From: Ignavibacteriales bacterium
Lineage (GTDB): Bacteria; Bacteroidota; Ignavibacteria; UBA10030; UBA6906
NCBI GenBank assembly: GCA_037441705.1
Contig: JBBIRR010000003.1
Span: 50,397 to 114,396, forward strand
DNA: 64,000 nt
Direction: 5' to 3'
This document shows, piece after piece, positions 10,653-20,620 of this stretch; the first letter of the stretch is position 1; each line of letters starts with the position of its first letter. The notes below the pieces were generated by a model that saw nothing but the letters and a program-made list of their open reading frames with translations, did no database searches and was not told the DNA's origin. The position numbers and the translations under genes were made by a program.

Positions 10653-12809
10653 ATGAGAACAATTCTCCTTCTCGTCGGAATCGCTCTTGCGGTCGCAACG
10701 CCGTGCGCGTCGCAGACTCTTCATTCTCCCAACCAAAAGCTCACGCTCACGTTTTCGCTTTCCTCCGAGGGCGAGCCGATGTACAGGCTTGACTTCGGCA
10801 GAACGCCGGTGATTCTTCCCAGCAAGCTCGGCCTGGAGGTGAAGGATGCGCCTGCATTCATGAAGGGCTTTGCGATCGCGGCAATCGAAACGACACGCGT
10901 CGACGAGACATGGGAGCCTGTGTGGGGCGAAGTGAAACGCGTTCGCAATCAATACCGCGAGTTGAAGCTCACGCTGCGGCAGAGAGCGTCGAACGACCGG
11001 ACGCTCGGGATCGTGTTTCGATTGTTCGATGAGGGACTGGCGTTCCGCTATGAGTTTGCACAGCAGAAGAACCTGAACCACTTCGTGGTCACCGACGAAC
11101 GGACGGAGTTTCAGGTAACCGGCGACCACAAAACGTTCTGGATTCCCGGCGACTTCGATACGAACGAGTATGCATACCATGAAACGCCGTTGAGTAAGGT
11201 GGATGCGGAGATCGGCAGACGTGTCGGGGAAATCTTCACGCGCTCGCCGATCAGCACCAACTATGTGCAAACGCCCGTGCTGATGAAGACCGCGGAGCAT
11301 CTCTACATTGTTCTCTTCGAAGCTGCGCTCGTCAATTATCCAGCAATGTGTTTGCGCATCGATCGGGCTGCCGGCGGCGCGTTCACACTCACCGCTGCTC
11401 TCGCCCCCGATGCCGTTGGCAACAAGGCTTATCTGCAAACTCCCTGCACGACGCCCTGGCGTACCGTTCTGGTAAGCGACACCGCGGCAGATATTCTTGC
11501 ATCGAAGATGATTCTCAATCTCAACGAGCCGTGCAGGCTGACCGACACGCGTTGGATCAAGCCAATGAAGTATGTGGGCATCTGGTGGGAGATGCATGTC
11601 GGCAAATCCTCGTGGAACTATGCCGACGTGGACAACGTCCATCTCGGCACAACAGATTGGAAAGGACTGAAGCCGAACGGCCGCCACGGAGCAACAACGG
11701 CGCGCACCAAGTACTACATTGATTTCGCCGCGAAGCACGGCTTCGACGCGGTGCTCGTCGAAGGCTGGAACGTCGGGTGGGAGGATTGGTTCGGGAAGTG
11801 GAAGGAGGAGGTGTTCGATTTCGTGACGCCGTATCCGGATTTCGATGTGGCCGAATTGCAGAAGTATGCCGAGGCGCGCGGCGTGAAGCTCATCATGCAT
11901 CATGAAACGTCCGCGTCGGTCACGAACTACGAGCGCCGGATGGACGAGGCGTTCCGATTCATGAAACAGTATGGCTATGATGCGGTGAAGACGGGCTACG
12001 TCGGCAAAATCATTCCGCGGGGCGAGTACCACGACGGGCAGTGGATGACCAACCACTACGTTCGCGTCGTGGAGAAGGCGGCGAAGTACAACATCATGGT
12101 AAATGCCCATGAGCCGGTGCGGCCGACGGGACTGCACCGCACGTATCCGAACTGGCTCGCGTGCGAAGCGGCACGGGGGAATGAGTTCAACGCGTGGAGT
12201 CAGGGAAATCCGCCGGCACACGAGACGATTCTTCCGTTCACCCGCTTGCTGGGCGGGCCGATGGATTACACGCCCGGCATCTTCGAGATCAAAATGAGTT
12301 TCTACGATCCGAAGAAGACGGAACAGGTGCACACGACGCTTGCCAAGCAGCTTGCACTCTATGTGACGATGTACAGTCCGCTGCAGATGGCGGCGGACCT
12401 GCCCGAGAACTACGAGCGCAGGCTCGATGCGTTCCAGTTTATCAAGGACGTTGCCGTGGATTGGGACGATACGAGAATCCTCGAAGCCGAGCCGGGCGAC
12501 TACATCACCATCGCACGCAAGGCGAAAAACAGAGATGCCTGGTTCATCGGTGCTATCACCGACGAGAATTCCCGAACAGCGACTGCGCCGTTGACGTTTC
12601 TCGATGATCATCGTCCGTACGTTGCCACCATCTATGCCGACGCTCCCGACGCGCACTGGGAGCGCAACCCGATGGCGTACACCGTGAAGCGATGGCGCGT
12701 TGAGAAAACGACCGTGCTGAAGCTGAATCTTGCGCCGGGAGGCGGCGCGGCGGTCAGCATCGTTCCTGCGCGCAACGACGAGTTACAGACGCTGCAACCC
12801 TACCGTTGA
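10653..12809 (+). CDS. Glycoside hydrolase family 97 (SusB-like alpha-glucosidase), secreted
   Basis: Signal peptide; KYVGIWWEMH, VEGWNVGW, MHHET, VKTGY, GPMDYTPG, SPLQMAAD. Confidence 0.93.
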   Translation: MRTILLLVGIALAVATPCASQTLHSPNQKLTLTFSLSSEGEPMYRLDFGRTPVILPSKLGLEVKDAPAFMKGFAIAAIETTRVDETWEPVWGEVKRVRNQYRELKLTLRQRASNDRTLGIVFRLFDEGLAFRYEFAQQKNLNHFVVTDERTEFQVTGDHKTFWIPGDFDTNEYAYHETPLSKVDAEIGRRVGEIFTRSPISTNYVQTPVLMKTAEHLYIVLFEAALVNYPAMCLRIDRAAGGAFTLTAALAPDAVGNKAYLQTPCTTPWRTVLVSDTAADILASKMILNLNEPCRLTDTRWIKPMKYVGIWWEMHVGKSSWNYADVDNVHLGTTDWKGLKPNGRHGATTARTKYYIDFAAKHGFDAVLVEGWNVGWEDWFGKWKEEVFDFVTPYPDFDVAELQKYAEARGVKLIMHHETSASVTNYERRMDEAFRFMKQYGYDAVKTGYVGKIIPRGEYHDGQWMTNHYVRVVEKAAKYNIMVNAHEPVRPTGLHRTYPNWLACEAARGNEFNAWSQGNPPAHETILPFTRLLGGPMDYTPGIFEIKMSFYDPKKTEQVHTTLAKQLALYVTMYSPLQMAADLPENYERRLDAFQFIKDVAVDWDDTRILEAEPGDYITIARKAKNRDAWFIGAITDENSRTATAPLTFLDDHRPYVATIYADAPDAHWERNPMAYTVKRWRVEKTTVLKLNLAPGGGAAVSIVPARNDELQTLQPYR

Positions 12810-12821
12810 CCGTTCTGTGCG

Positions 12822-13976
12822 ATGACGCCTCCTCGCAGGATACTCTTCATCACGGAAGGGGGATTGGGCGATCAAGTCGCGTTGACGGCGGCTCTCCGCG
12901 TGGCAAAGGAGTCGTTCCCGCATTCGTTTGTCGCAGTCTTTGCCACGTATCGCCATCCCACCGACACGGGGAAAGAGAGACCGTTCGAGAATCTTTCTCC
13001 TTCTCCCACCGAACGCGCCAACACGGTCTTTTCAACCGATCCGAACGTGGATGAACTGTACATCCTCAACCGTTACGCGTTCAAGTCGCTTTCTCTCCGT
13101 TCGCGTCTTGCGGCGGAATGGTCGGTGGTACGGTTTCTCCGCGAGAAACACTTCGACACGGTCATCTCCACCTTTCCTCATCGTGAGCGATTCATTCTGT
13201 GGGGCCTGCTGGCAGGCGCGCGCACGCGCGTGGGCGCGCGGAATCAAGGCATGCATTGGCTCCTCACGCACGCGCCCGACATCGAAAAGGCGCAGCGTGG
13301 TGTGGTCGAGTATTATTGCGATTTGGTGCGGGCGATAGGCGGGCAGGTTCGTTCGCCGCGGACAGCGTACACCGTGCCGGACGATGCGCTGCACTGGGCT
13401 GATCGCGAACTTCGACACATCGGCGTGCGGACTGGAGCCTCGTTCGTCGCAGTCCATCCGGGGGCAAGCGGATTGTACAAAGCGTGGCCTCCCGAGCGCT
13501 ACGCCGCGCTGATCGAGGCACTGCGCCGGCGGTGGCGTGTTGCCGTTGTGATGGTAGCGGGTGAACACGACCGGCAGATCGCCGATGCTCTTCAATTCCA
13601 CTTAGAGGAGCCGATACCAGAAATTGATTGCACCGGTTCGGTGGCGAAGCTCGCCGCTGTGCTGCGCCGGAGTGTGTTGTGCATCTCGAATGATTCCGGT
13701 CCGCGGCATCTTGCTGTTGCTGTCGGCACGCCGTCGCTTGCATTTTTCCGACATCATCACGATAAGGAGTGGGATGTGTACGGGGAGGTGCCGTTCTGCT
13801 GGACGCTCAAGAGCAGTGAACCGTGTCCTGCTTGCCCCCCGGAGAAATGCTACGATCGCATTCCGGAGGGCGAGCAGTTCGGTGCCTGCTGTGTGCGAAT
13901 GATCGGCGTGGAGCAGGCCGTCGAGCGAGCAGACGCGCTCATGAGCGCGGTGCTGGAACACACAACGAGCGGCTGA
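12822..13976 (+). CDS. GT9 family (heptosyltransferase-like) glycosyltransferase
   Basis: GGLGD, HPGAS..KAWP, ISNDSGPRHLA; Cys-rich C-terminus. Confidence 0.88.
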   Translation: MTPPRRILFITEGGLGDQVALTAALRVAKESFPHSFVAVFATYRHPTDTGKERPFENLSPSPTERANTVFSTDPNVDELYILNRYAFKSLSLRSRLAAEWSVVRFLREKHFDTVISTFPHRERFILWGLLAGARTRVGARNQGMHWLLTHAPDIEKAQRGVVEYYCDLVRAIGGQVRSPRTAYTVPDDALHWADRELRHIGVRTGASFVAVHPGASGLYKAWPPERYAALIEALRRRWRVAVVMVAGEHDRQIADALQFHLEEPIPEIDCTGSVAKLAAVLRRSVLCISNDSGPRHLAVAVGTPSLAFFRHHHDKEWDVYGEVPFCWTLKSSEPCPACPPEKCYDRIPEGEQFGACCVRMIGVEQAVERADALMSAVLEHTTSG

Positions 13977-13987
13977 TGCGCGCGAGC

Positions 13988-14881
13988 TTATTTGGTATCG
14001 AGAATCACCGGTAAGCCGTCCTTACCCGCCCCCACGATGATCACTTTGGTGTTGGGGGAGTTGGCAAGCTTCTCCGTTGCTTCGATGCCCTTCCAGCGCA
14101 GCAAACGTTCATCGATGCCGGTGGCGACGATCTTCTGGAAGTCGGCGATGCCCTGAGCTTCGATGCGTTTGCGGTCGGCTTCCTTGCGTTCCTTCTCCAG
14201 AATGAATTCCATCCGCTGGCTTTCCTGATCCGCTCGCTGTTTCTGTTCGATCGCGTCGGTCAACTGTTGCGGCAAGGCGACGTTCCGCAGCGGCGTGGAT
14301 TCGATGATGATGCCGCGCGGCGCCACCGTCAACGCCAGCTCTTCTTGAATCTTTGTGCCCAACCGTTCGCGTTCGGCGGAATACAGCGCGCTCGCCTGGA
14401 AGCTTGCCGTTACGGAACGGCACACGGAGCGGAATTGCGGTATGAGGACGATCTCCTCATAGTTGCCGCCGCTGATTTTCTTGTACACGCTCGCTGCCGA
14501 GTCGGCTTCGAGGCGATACAGCACGCTGATCTCAAGCCCGATCGTCAACCCCTCGCGCGAAAGAACCTGCATGGTTTCCTTGTGCTCTTTCGTCTGGACG
14601 GAGAATTTGATCACGCGAGCCAGCGGGTTGACGAGATTGACGCCGGACTTCAGCGTGTTCTCGGAAACAACGCCGAAGAAGTCGATGACGCCGACATGCC
14701 CTGCGGGGATAACCGTGAATGCTTGCGCGAAGGACGCTAAAGCGAAGAAGATCGTGATGGCGCCCGTAATGCCGGCGGTGCGTTGGTACATCAGGTTACG
14801 CTCTCGCACGACTTTCCGCCGCGCCGAGAGCCAGGCGAAGAACGCGCCAACAGCAATCAGAAATGTCAATACGAACAACAT
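13988..14881 (-). CDS. SPFH/prohibitin (band 7) membrane protein
   Basis: Two N-terminal hydrophobic helices, IPAGHVGV, AIEQKQRA..., RIEAQGIA coiled coil. Confidence 0.9.
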   Translation of the reverse strand: MLFVLTFLIAVGAFFAWLSARRKVVRERNLMYQRTAGITGAITIFFALASFAQAFTVIPAGHVGVIDFFGVVSENTLKSGVNLVNPLARVIKFSVQTKEHKETMQVLSREGLTIGLEISVLYRLEADSAASVYKKISGGNYEEIVLIPQFRSVCRSVTASFQASALYSAERERLGTKIQEELALTVAPRGIIIESTPLRNVALPQQLTDAIEQKQRADQESQRMEFILEKERKEADRKRIEAQGIADFQKIVATGIDERLLRWKGIEATEKLANSPNTKVIIVGAGKDGLPVILDTK

Positions 14882-14897
14882 GGGGAGTCTCCTTTCA

Positions 14898-15908
14898 TTA
14901 GTTGGGGGATTTCATACGGAGCGATTCCGGCTGAACCTTGTAACGTTCGATGCAGGTCAGCAGAGCAGAACGGAGACGCTCGGCGTCGATATGCTGCGCC
15001 CGCGCGGGGTCCTTGCGCTTCCAGTTCTCGATGCGCTCCTGCGTCAAACCAAGATCCATCAAACGCCGGGCGTTTTCGTGCCTGCCGACAGCGGCAAGAG
15101 ACATCACCTGTTCCATAAAGTGGGTGAGGGAAAGATCTGCCGCAAGAGAATCGAGACTGACGGGCAGTGCAAAACGGTGTGGGTATAAGTCGGAGTGATG
15201 CTTGTACACTTTCTCCTTCACGTCCCAGGTGTACAGCAGCGTGACCCGCGGGAAATCGTCGGGGCGAAACGCCGGATCCCCCTCGAAGAAATCATCAACA
15301 GCCAGACACTCGGGATAGGGAGTTTTGTCGATGTTATCTGTCACGACCGGTTCCAGGGGCACGCCTTGTGGAGCGCCGCGACGATACCGTTGTGGAACGT
15401 TGCCCGCAACGAGCACCGAGCGAAGCCGTTCCTCTTTCGTCACTTCATAGATCGAAAGCGAATAACAGAGCAGCGGCACGAGCATACCTTCGGGCGGCTT
15501 GCATGCACCGCTGATGACGAATTTCGTGGTACCCGAACCGTCAAAATCCGCGGCAAGAGCAAATGAGATACTGGCCTTATCCAGAAACACGGAGTCCTTG
15601 ACGGCAACGGTCGAATCATTCACCACTCTGTAGAGCCGCACTTGCGGCAGACGTTTGCCGCAGGGTGCGGCTGATAGGCCCGTCGAACCCTTTGGCGCGA
15701 TCGCCTCGCGGTCGACAAACGCTGCTAACACATAGCTCCGCCCGTTCTGTTTGATGATGCGGTAGTCCTTGAAATAGTAGCAGTCCTTCGCCATCCGATA
15801 CGTTTCGTCGAGCAGAACGGTGGGAGCCTGCGGCGCGCGACTCTGCGAACGAACAGACGGAGCGACAATACATGCTGCGAACAGCAACATCATACAAAAA
15901 GAACGCAT
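14898..15908 (-). CDS. Hypothetical secreted protein
   Basis: Start at MRSFCMMLLFAACIVAPSVRS (signal peptide); candidate own promoter TTGATA-18-TATCAT at 15950-15979; DFDGSG motif. Confidence 0.7.
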   Translation of the reverse strand: MRSFCMMLLFAACIVAPSVRSQSRAPQAPTVLLDETYRMAKDCYYFKDYRIIKQNGRSYVLAAFVDREAIAPKGSTGLSAAPCGKRLPQVRLYRVVNDSTVAVKDSVFLDKASISFALAADFDGSGTTKFVISGACKPPEGMLVPLLCYSLSIYEVTKEERLRSVLVAGNVPQRYRRGAPQGVPLEPVVTDNIDKTPYPECLAVDDFFEGDPAFRPDDFPRVTLLYTWDVKEKVYKHHSDLYPHRFALPVSLDSLAADLSLTHFMEQVMSLAAVGRHENARRLMDLGLTQERIENWKRKDPARAQHIDAERLRSALLTCIERYKVQPESLRMKSPN

Positions 15909-16098
15909 GGGCAAACCCTCATGTTCATTTTTGATCATAAGGAAAAAGCATGATACCTGCCGTGAAGGCTTAGTATCAACATACAAAACCATCGAGGGGA
16001 AAACAATAATCGCCGCGGATGTGGTGCAGGGAAGAGATAACTGATGGCGACGGAACACGGATGACGACCGCTGCGCCATCCGTGTCCGCGGCGCGCTG

Positions 16099-17076
16099 CT
16101 ACTGCTGGCGAGGCGTAAACTTCTCCACGCGGTTTCGGACGGCAGGAATCGTGCGCAGGTATTGATAGATTGCACCGAGGTCTTCGTCGGTCATCCCCGC
16201 GTACATCGTCCACGGCATAGGCGTATTGAAGTCCGCCGGGGTAAGTGTCGCCTGCATCGTTTCAGGAGCAAGGTACGACCGGAAGCGCGCGAGGAAATCG
16301 TCCCTGGTCCACAACCCGATTCCCGTCTCCTGGTCGGGCGTGATGTTCAAGGCACGGACGGTGCCGGCCGGAAGCAGGAACGGATTTCCTCCGGCGAGCA
16401 TCATGCCGGCGATATCCTGCCCCCGGTCATCGCGCGGCGTATGACAGCCCTCGCAAGCGGCAATTGTCGTTAGGTACTTTCCGTATTCCACCGGATCGTT
16501 CTTGTGCGGCTCCGATGACGGGTTGAAAGATTTCGGCGGGATGGTGTTGACAATGAAGTTGAGCGGAAAATTCAGGGACGATGCCTTCACCGCGTTCTCA
16601 ATCGGGGTGAGGGATTTGATATACGCAACGATCGCGTAAGCATCCTCCTGCGTCAGCCTGTTGTACATCGGATACGGCATGAGTGGAAACATTGCGCTGC
16701 CGTCGCGCTTGACACCGACCGTGAACGCCCGCAGCAACTCGCCGTCCGTGTATTCTCCGATGGCCGCGGGAGTGATGTTCGACGACACGAGCATGCCGAC
16801 GGCTTCGGCGAACTCCTGTCCGCCCTTGCCCTCCGTGCCGGCGACGATAGGGCCTGAGAACTTCGTCCAATCCCTTGTGGAATGACAGTCAATGCACACC
16901 GTAACGTGATGCGCCAGGTATTTGCCGCGCGCAAGGCGTTCCGGCGTCCGCTCGACCGTTATCGTCGGCGCCGGGTCGACATCCGGATACTTGAAATTGA
17001 AATACGTGAGGAACACGACTGCGGTCAGGACAACAGCACCCACAATCCCGCCAAGGATTTTGAGAACCTTCCTCAT
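16099..17076 (-). CDS. Membrane-anchored diheme cytochrome c
   Basis: Two CxxCH motifs (CIDCH, CEGCH), NITP motifs, MP distal ligands, N-terminal TM helix. Confidence 0.9.
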   Translation of the reverse strand: MRKVLKILGGIVGAVVLTAVVFLTYFNFKYPDVDPAPTITVERTPERLARGKYLAHHVTVCIDCHSTRDWTKFSGPIVAGTEGKGGQEFAEAVGMLVSSNITPAAIGEYTDGELLRAFTVGVKRDGSAMFPLMPYPMYNRLTQEDAYAIVAYIKSLTPIENAVKASSLNFPLNFIVNTIPPKSFNPSSEPHKNDPVEYGKYLTTIAACEGCHTPRDDRGQDIAGMMLAGGNPFLLPAGTVRALNITPDQETGIGLWTRDDFLARFRSYLAPETMQATLTPADFNTPMPWTMYAGMTDEDLGAIYQYLRTIPAVRNRVEKFTPRQQ

Positions 17077-17160
17077 TGTTATCCCTTTCTGTTTGTTGGT
17101 GATGAGTGGACGGTTACGGATGTCGTACCGGGAAGTCTATGAGAAAGAACTGGGCGCTTC

Positions 17161-17189
17161 ATGATAGTCAATGGCCAAAAGAGAGTCAA
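17161..17189 (-). promoter_or_regulatory. Candidate sigma70-type promoter of cytochrome c gene
   Basis: TTGACT-17-TATCAT on minus strand. Confidence 0.55.
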
Positions 17190-17264
17190 CATCGCTGACG
17201 TGTATGAGTGCCCACCATCCACGCTGTGCTGAGCTTGTGGGCGCGAACGGATCCACGCGTTTTC

Positions 17265-17293
17265 TTGATATTCACTCGCCATTTACGTACCAT
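17265..17293 (+). promoter_or_regulatory. Candidate sigma70-type promoter of PPIase operon
   Basis: TTGATA-17-TACCAT; implies the true start is downstream of the ORF-track start 17208. Confidence 0.55.
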
Positions 17294-17354
17294 AAAAGGC
17301 CAACAACCATCACACAACCCGTCTCTTTTCAAAAACTACGGAGTCTACGTCGTT

Positions 17355-19721
17355 ATGCATGTCCTGAAAACGCTCGCGTCCAAACGACCGCTGGACGTTA
17401 TGAGCTGCGCTCTTGTATGCTTTGCGGTCCTGTCGGGCTGTTCTGCCAAACAAGGAGAACTTGTGGTTGCTACCGTTGGCAAGAATGCCATCACCTTGAA
17501 GGAATATGAAGACCTCTACCTCAAGAGTACCGGAAGCCGTGAGCAGGCGGCGGCGACAACGCAGGAAGAGCGTGAGAAATTTCTCGACTTGCTCACGAAA
17601 TTCAAATTGAAGCTGAGCGATGCATACGATCAGAAACTGGATCAACGACCCGAGATCAGGAACGAGATCGAACAATACAAGGGAAGCCTCGTGGCTTCTT
17701 TCCTGACCGAGCGCGAGGTGAATGCGCCGGGCGTGAAGAGGATGTACGACAGCCGCAGGATGGAAGTGAGGGCGAGCCACATCCTGTTGAATCTTTCCTC
17801 CAACCCCTCACCCGAAGACTCCCAAAAAACATACGCGCTTGCGTATGAGTTGATTGATAAATTGCGCGCGGGCGCATCGTTCGAGTCGCTTGCCGTGGCG
17901 CATTCCAACGACCCGTCCGTTTCGCAGAACAAAGGCGATCTGTACTACTTCACCGGCGGCCAGATGGTGCCGGAGTTCGAAGAGGCCGCCTTCGCCATGA
18001 AGCCGGGGGAGATTTCCTCGAAGCCCGTCCGAACATCCTACGGGCTGCACATCATCAAACTGGTGGATCGAAGACCGTCGCCGGGTGAAATCAAATGCAG
18101 CCACATTATGATCCGCTTCGACAAGCAGGATCCCACCCCGGAAGACACCCTTGCTGCCTACGAGAAGATAAAAGCCATTCAGGATAGTTTGCGTCAGGGC
18201 GTGGACTTTGCGGAGCTGGCCATCCGCAACTCGCAGGACCCCGGCTCGGCCCCTCGCGGCGGCGACCTCGGATGGTTCTCGCGTCGGCGATGGATTCAAT
18301 CGTTCGACGAGGTTGCGTTTACCCTCAAGCCCGGGCAGGTCTCGAACATTGTTCGCACCATCTACGGCTATCATCTCATCAAGTGCTACGATGCTCGGCC
18401 GATGAAGTCGTTCGAGGAAGCTCGCAAAGACATGCAGCAGCTCTTTCAGCAGACGCGCTTTCAGGCCGAATACAACAAATTCCTCGATCGCATCAAGAAA
18501 CAGGTGCAGTACAGCCGCAACGACAGCATCCTGAACATCCTCGCCGTTTCGTTCGACTCGACCAAGACGACGCGCGATAGCGGATGGACGGCGATGGCGC
18601 CGAAGGAGCTTGCGGCCCAGCCGGTATTCCGATTTGGTCAGCGCACGATTTCGGCCGACAGCATGCTGAAGCTGGCCGCGGCCCGTCCCGACATGGGCAG
18701 CATGCCGCTGACCTCCAACTCCATCCGCATGATGGCTGACAAGGTCGGCGAGCAGTTGATCTTTCAGGTGCGCGGTGAGACGATCGAGAAGGATTACCCG
18801 GAGTTTGCCGCCATCATGAAGGAGTACGTTGACGGTATTCTTCTCTATCAAATCGAACAGGAGCAGGTGTGGGGGAGAGTGACGGTGAACGACTCGTTGC
18901 TGCAAGCGTACTTCCAGGCCAACCGCGAGAAGTTCATGTGGCCCGACCGCGTCGACTTCACCTCGGCGCAGGCCGCCAACGATTCGCTTGCCCGTCTCAT
19001 TTCGGAGAAGATCAAGAACGGAAAGAGCATAGAGGAGGTCTTTGCAGAAGACTCCGCTCGCACGAGAGTACCGTCGCGGTATCAGATCGCGTTTGCGAAA
19101 AATTCCGCAGTCTTGAGCACAGCCGCCCGCGCGGCACTGGCTTCGCTCGCGCGCGAGCTGAAGAGCGATCCCGCCTGGAGTGTCGTGTTCACGCTTCAGT
19201 ACGACACGACCACGCGCAAAGCCGCAAACGAACGCCTGGCACAGAAGCGGCGCGATGCCGTGAAGACAGCCCTGACAGGTTCGCACAAAATTGCCGAGAG
19301 CAGACTCACGTTCACGCTGCGTGGAGTGGGGCGTGATACGACCAAGGCGAAAGAGCTGGATGCGCTCTTCAATCGCGCGGATGCCGAGATCACGGGCAAG
19401 CGTCCGTGGTTTGTGGGCGCAATCGAGCACGGCATTCAGCCCGTAACGGCCGACGAACGGACGGCAAAAGCCGATTCGCTGCAGGTGGGCCAGTACTCCG
19501 CCCCGTTCTCGTATCGCGGCTACCCGACGATCGTCCGGCTGAACAAGCGTGATCCTCTGCGCGAGAAGACGTACGAAGAAGCCGGCACAGAAGTCTCAAG
19601 CTCCTATCAAGAATACGAATCGAAGCGACTGGAGAACGAATGGCTGAATGCCTTGCAAGCGAAGTATCCGGTTGCCGTGTTCAAAGAACGATTGAAGTAC
19701 GCATTTGCGCCTGTACAGTAG
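17355..19721 (+). CDS. Multi-parvulin peptidyl-prolyl isomerase lipoprotein (SurA/PpiD-like) with OmpA-like insertion
   Basis: Lipobox VLSGC; rotamase motifs RASHIL...KGDL..F...YGLHII and KCSHIM...GGDLGWF...YGYHLI; start 17355 or 17400. Confidence 0.9.
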   Translation: MHVLKTLASKRPLDVMSCALVCFAVLSGCSAKQGELVVATVGKNAITLKEYEDLYLKSTGSREQAAATTQEEREKFLDLLTKFKLKLSDAYDQKLDQRPEIRNEIEQYKGSLVASFLTEREVNAPGVKRMYDSRRMEVRASHILLNLSSNPSPEDSQKTYALAYELIDKLRAGASFESLAVAHSNDPSVSQNKGDLYYFTGGQMVPEFEEAAFAMKPGEISSKPVRTSYGLHIIKLVDRRPSPGEIKCSHIMIRFDKQDPTPEDTLAAYEKIKAIQDSLRQGVDFAELAIRNSQDPGSAPRGGDLGWFSRRRWIQSFDEVAFTLKPGQVSNIVRTIYGYHLIKCYDARPMKSFEEARKDMQQLFQQTRFQAEYNKFLDRIKKQVQYSRNDSILNILAVSFDSTKTTRDSGWTAMAPKELAAQPVFRFGQRTISADSMLKLAAARPDMGSMPLTSNSIRMMADKVGEQLIFQVRGETIEKDYPEFAAIMKEYVDGILLYQIEQEQVWGRVTVNDSLLQAYFQANREKFMWPDRVDFTSAQAANDSLARLISEKIKNGKSIEEVFAEDSARTRVPSRYQIAFAKNSAVLSTAARAALASLARELKSDPAWSVVFTLQYDTTTRKAANERLAQKRRDAVKTALTGSHKIAESRLTFTLRGVGRDTTKAKELDALFNRADAEITGKRPWFVGAIEHGIQPVTADERTAKADSLQVGQYSAPFSYRGYPTIVRLNKRDPLREKTYEEAGTEVSSSYQEYESKRLENEWLNALQAKYPVAVFKERLKYAFAPVQ

Positions 19722-20550
19722 GATTGTCAGTCTGGTGGCAGGGGGGATGGTGGCGTGGGCCGGCTGCGCGCGCGAGACGTCCGAGAAGAAGTACGTGGCG
19801 CGGGTGGACGACGCCGTGCTGACAACCGAACAGGTGCACGAACACACCGGCGGCGATACCCTCAGCCCCGCAAGCGAATACGTTGCCGCGTGGGTCATGT
19901 CGGAGCTGCTCTATCAGGAAGCGAAACGGCGCGGGCTGCTCGAGGCCGATGAAGTCGTAAAACAGGTTGACGATGCCCGCCGGCAGTTTGCGGTCAATGC
20001 CCTCCTGGAGCGTGAGGTCTTCAGCGCCGATACAACAACGTTGAAGACCGACGTTTTGATGCGCGAGTTCGAGGAACAGCGAGACCAGTATCGCTTGCGC
20101 GAGGATGTCGTCAACATCAGCTACGCGATGTTCGGCGAGCGGGACGCGGCGAACGCGTTCCGCTCGAAGCTCCTGCGCGGGATGGCCTGGCAGGATGCTC
20201 TCGACTCGGTCAAAGCCGAGATGCCCGAAGCTCTGCTGCGCAGCGCGCGGCACGCCTATTTCACGCAGGGGAGTCTCTATCCCGAAGAACTCTGGAAGGC
20301 CACGCGTGTGTTACGAAAAGAGGATGTGTCGTACGCCATCCGCTCGGAAGCAGGCTACGGGGTCATGATCGTGCACTCGACAAAAGCACAGGGCGAGATT
20401 CCGGATTTTGAATATGTTCAAGAAGAGGTTCGCAGCCGGGTGCTTCTTCGCATGCGGCGCGAGAAGTACAATGCCCTGCTTTCTCGTCTCCGCACGCAAC
20501 ACAAAGTTGAGGTGGCACTTCCTTCATCCGACGAGCAGCGGCAGGAGTGA
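19705..20550 (+). CDS. PpiC-type foldase-like lipoprotein (degenerate parvulin)
   Basis: Lipobox-like WAGC, YVARVDDAVLT, ELLYQEAKRRGL; middle gene of three-PPIase operon. Confidence 0.75.
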   Translation: MRLYSRIVSLVAGGMVAWAGCARETSEKKYVARVDDAVLTTEQVHEHTGGDTLSPASEYVAAWVMSELLYQEAKRRGLLEADEVVKQVDDARRQFAVNALLEREVFSADTTTLKTDVLMREFEEQRDQYRLREDVVNISYAMFGERDAANAFRSKLLRGMAWQDALDSVKAEMPEALLRSARHAYFTQGSLYPEELWKATRVLRKEDVSYAIRSEAGYGVMIVHSTKAQGEIPDFEYVQEEVRSRVLLRMRREKYNALLSRLRTQHKVEVALPSSDEQRQE

Positions 20551-20620
20551 ACTCGTGCGAACAGATCGTAAGACCCATCGGCTTTCAGCAGATGCACAAG
20601 TGGAGGTTCAATAAGGCGAA

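Noticed and set aside
17208-17354. Extended N-termini from the ORF track (also dnaN, flippase, etfA, kdsB, aguB, GT4 at 39975, SPOR)
   Set aside because: Extensions overlap promoters or upstream genes; downstream starts fit signal peptides, SD motifs or family N-termini better
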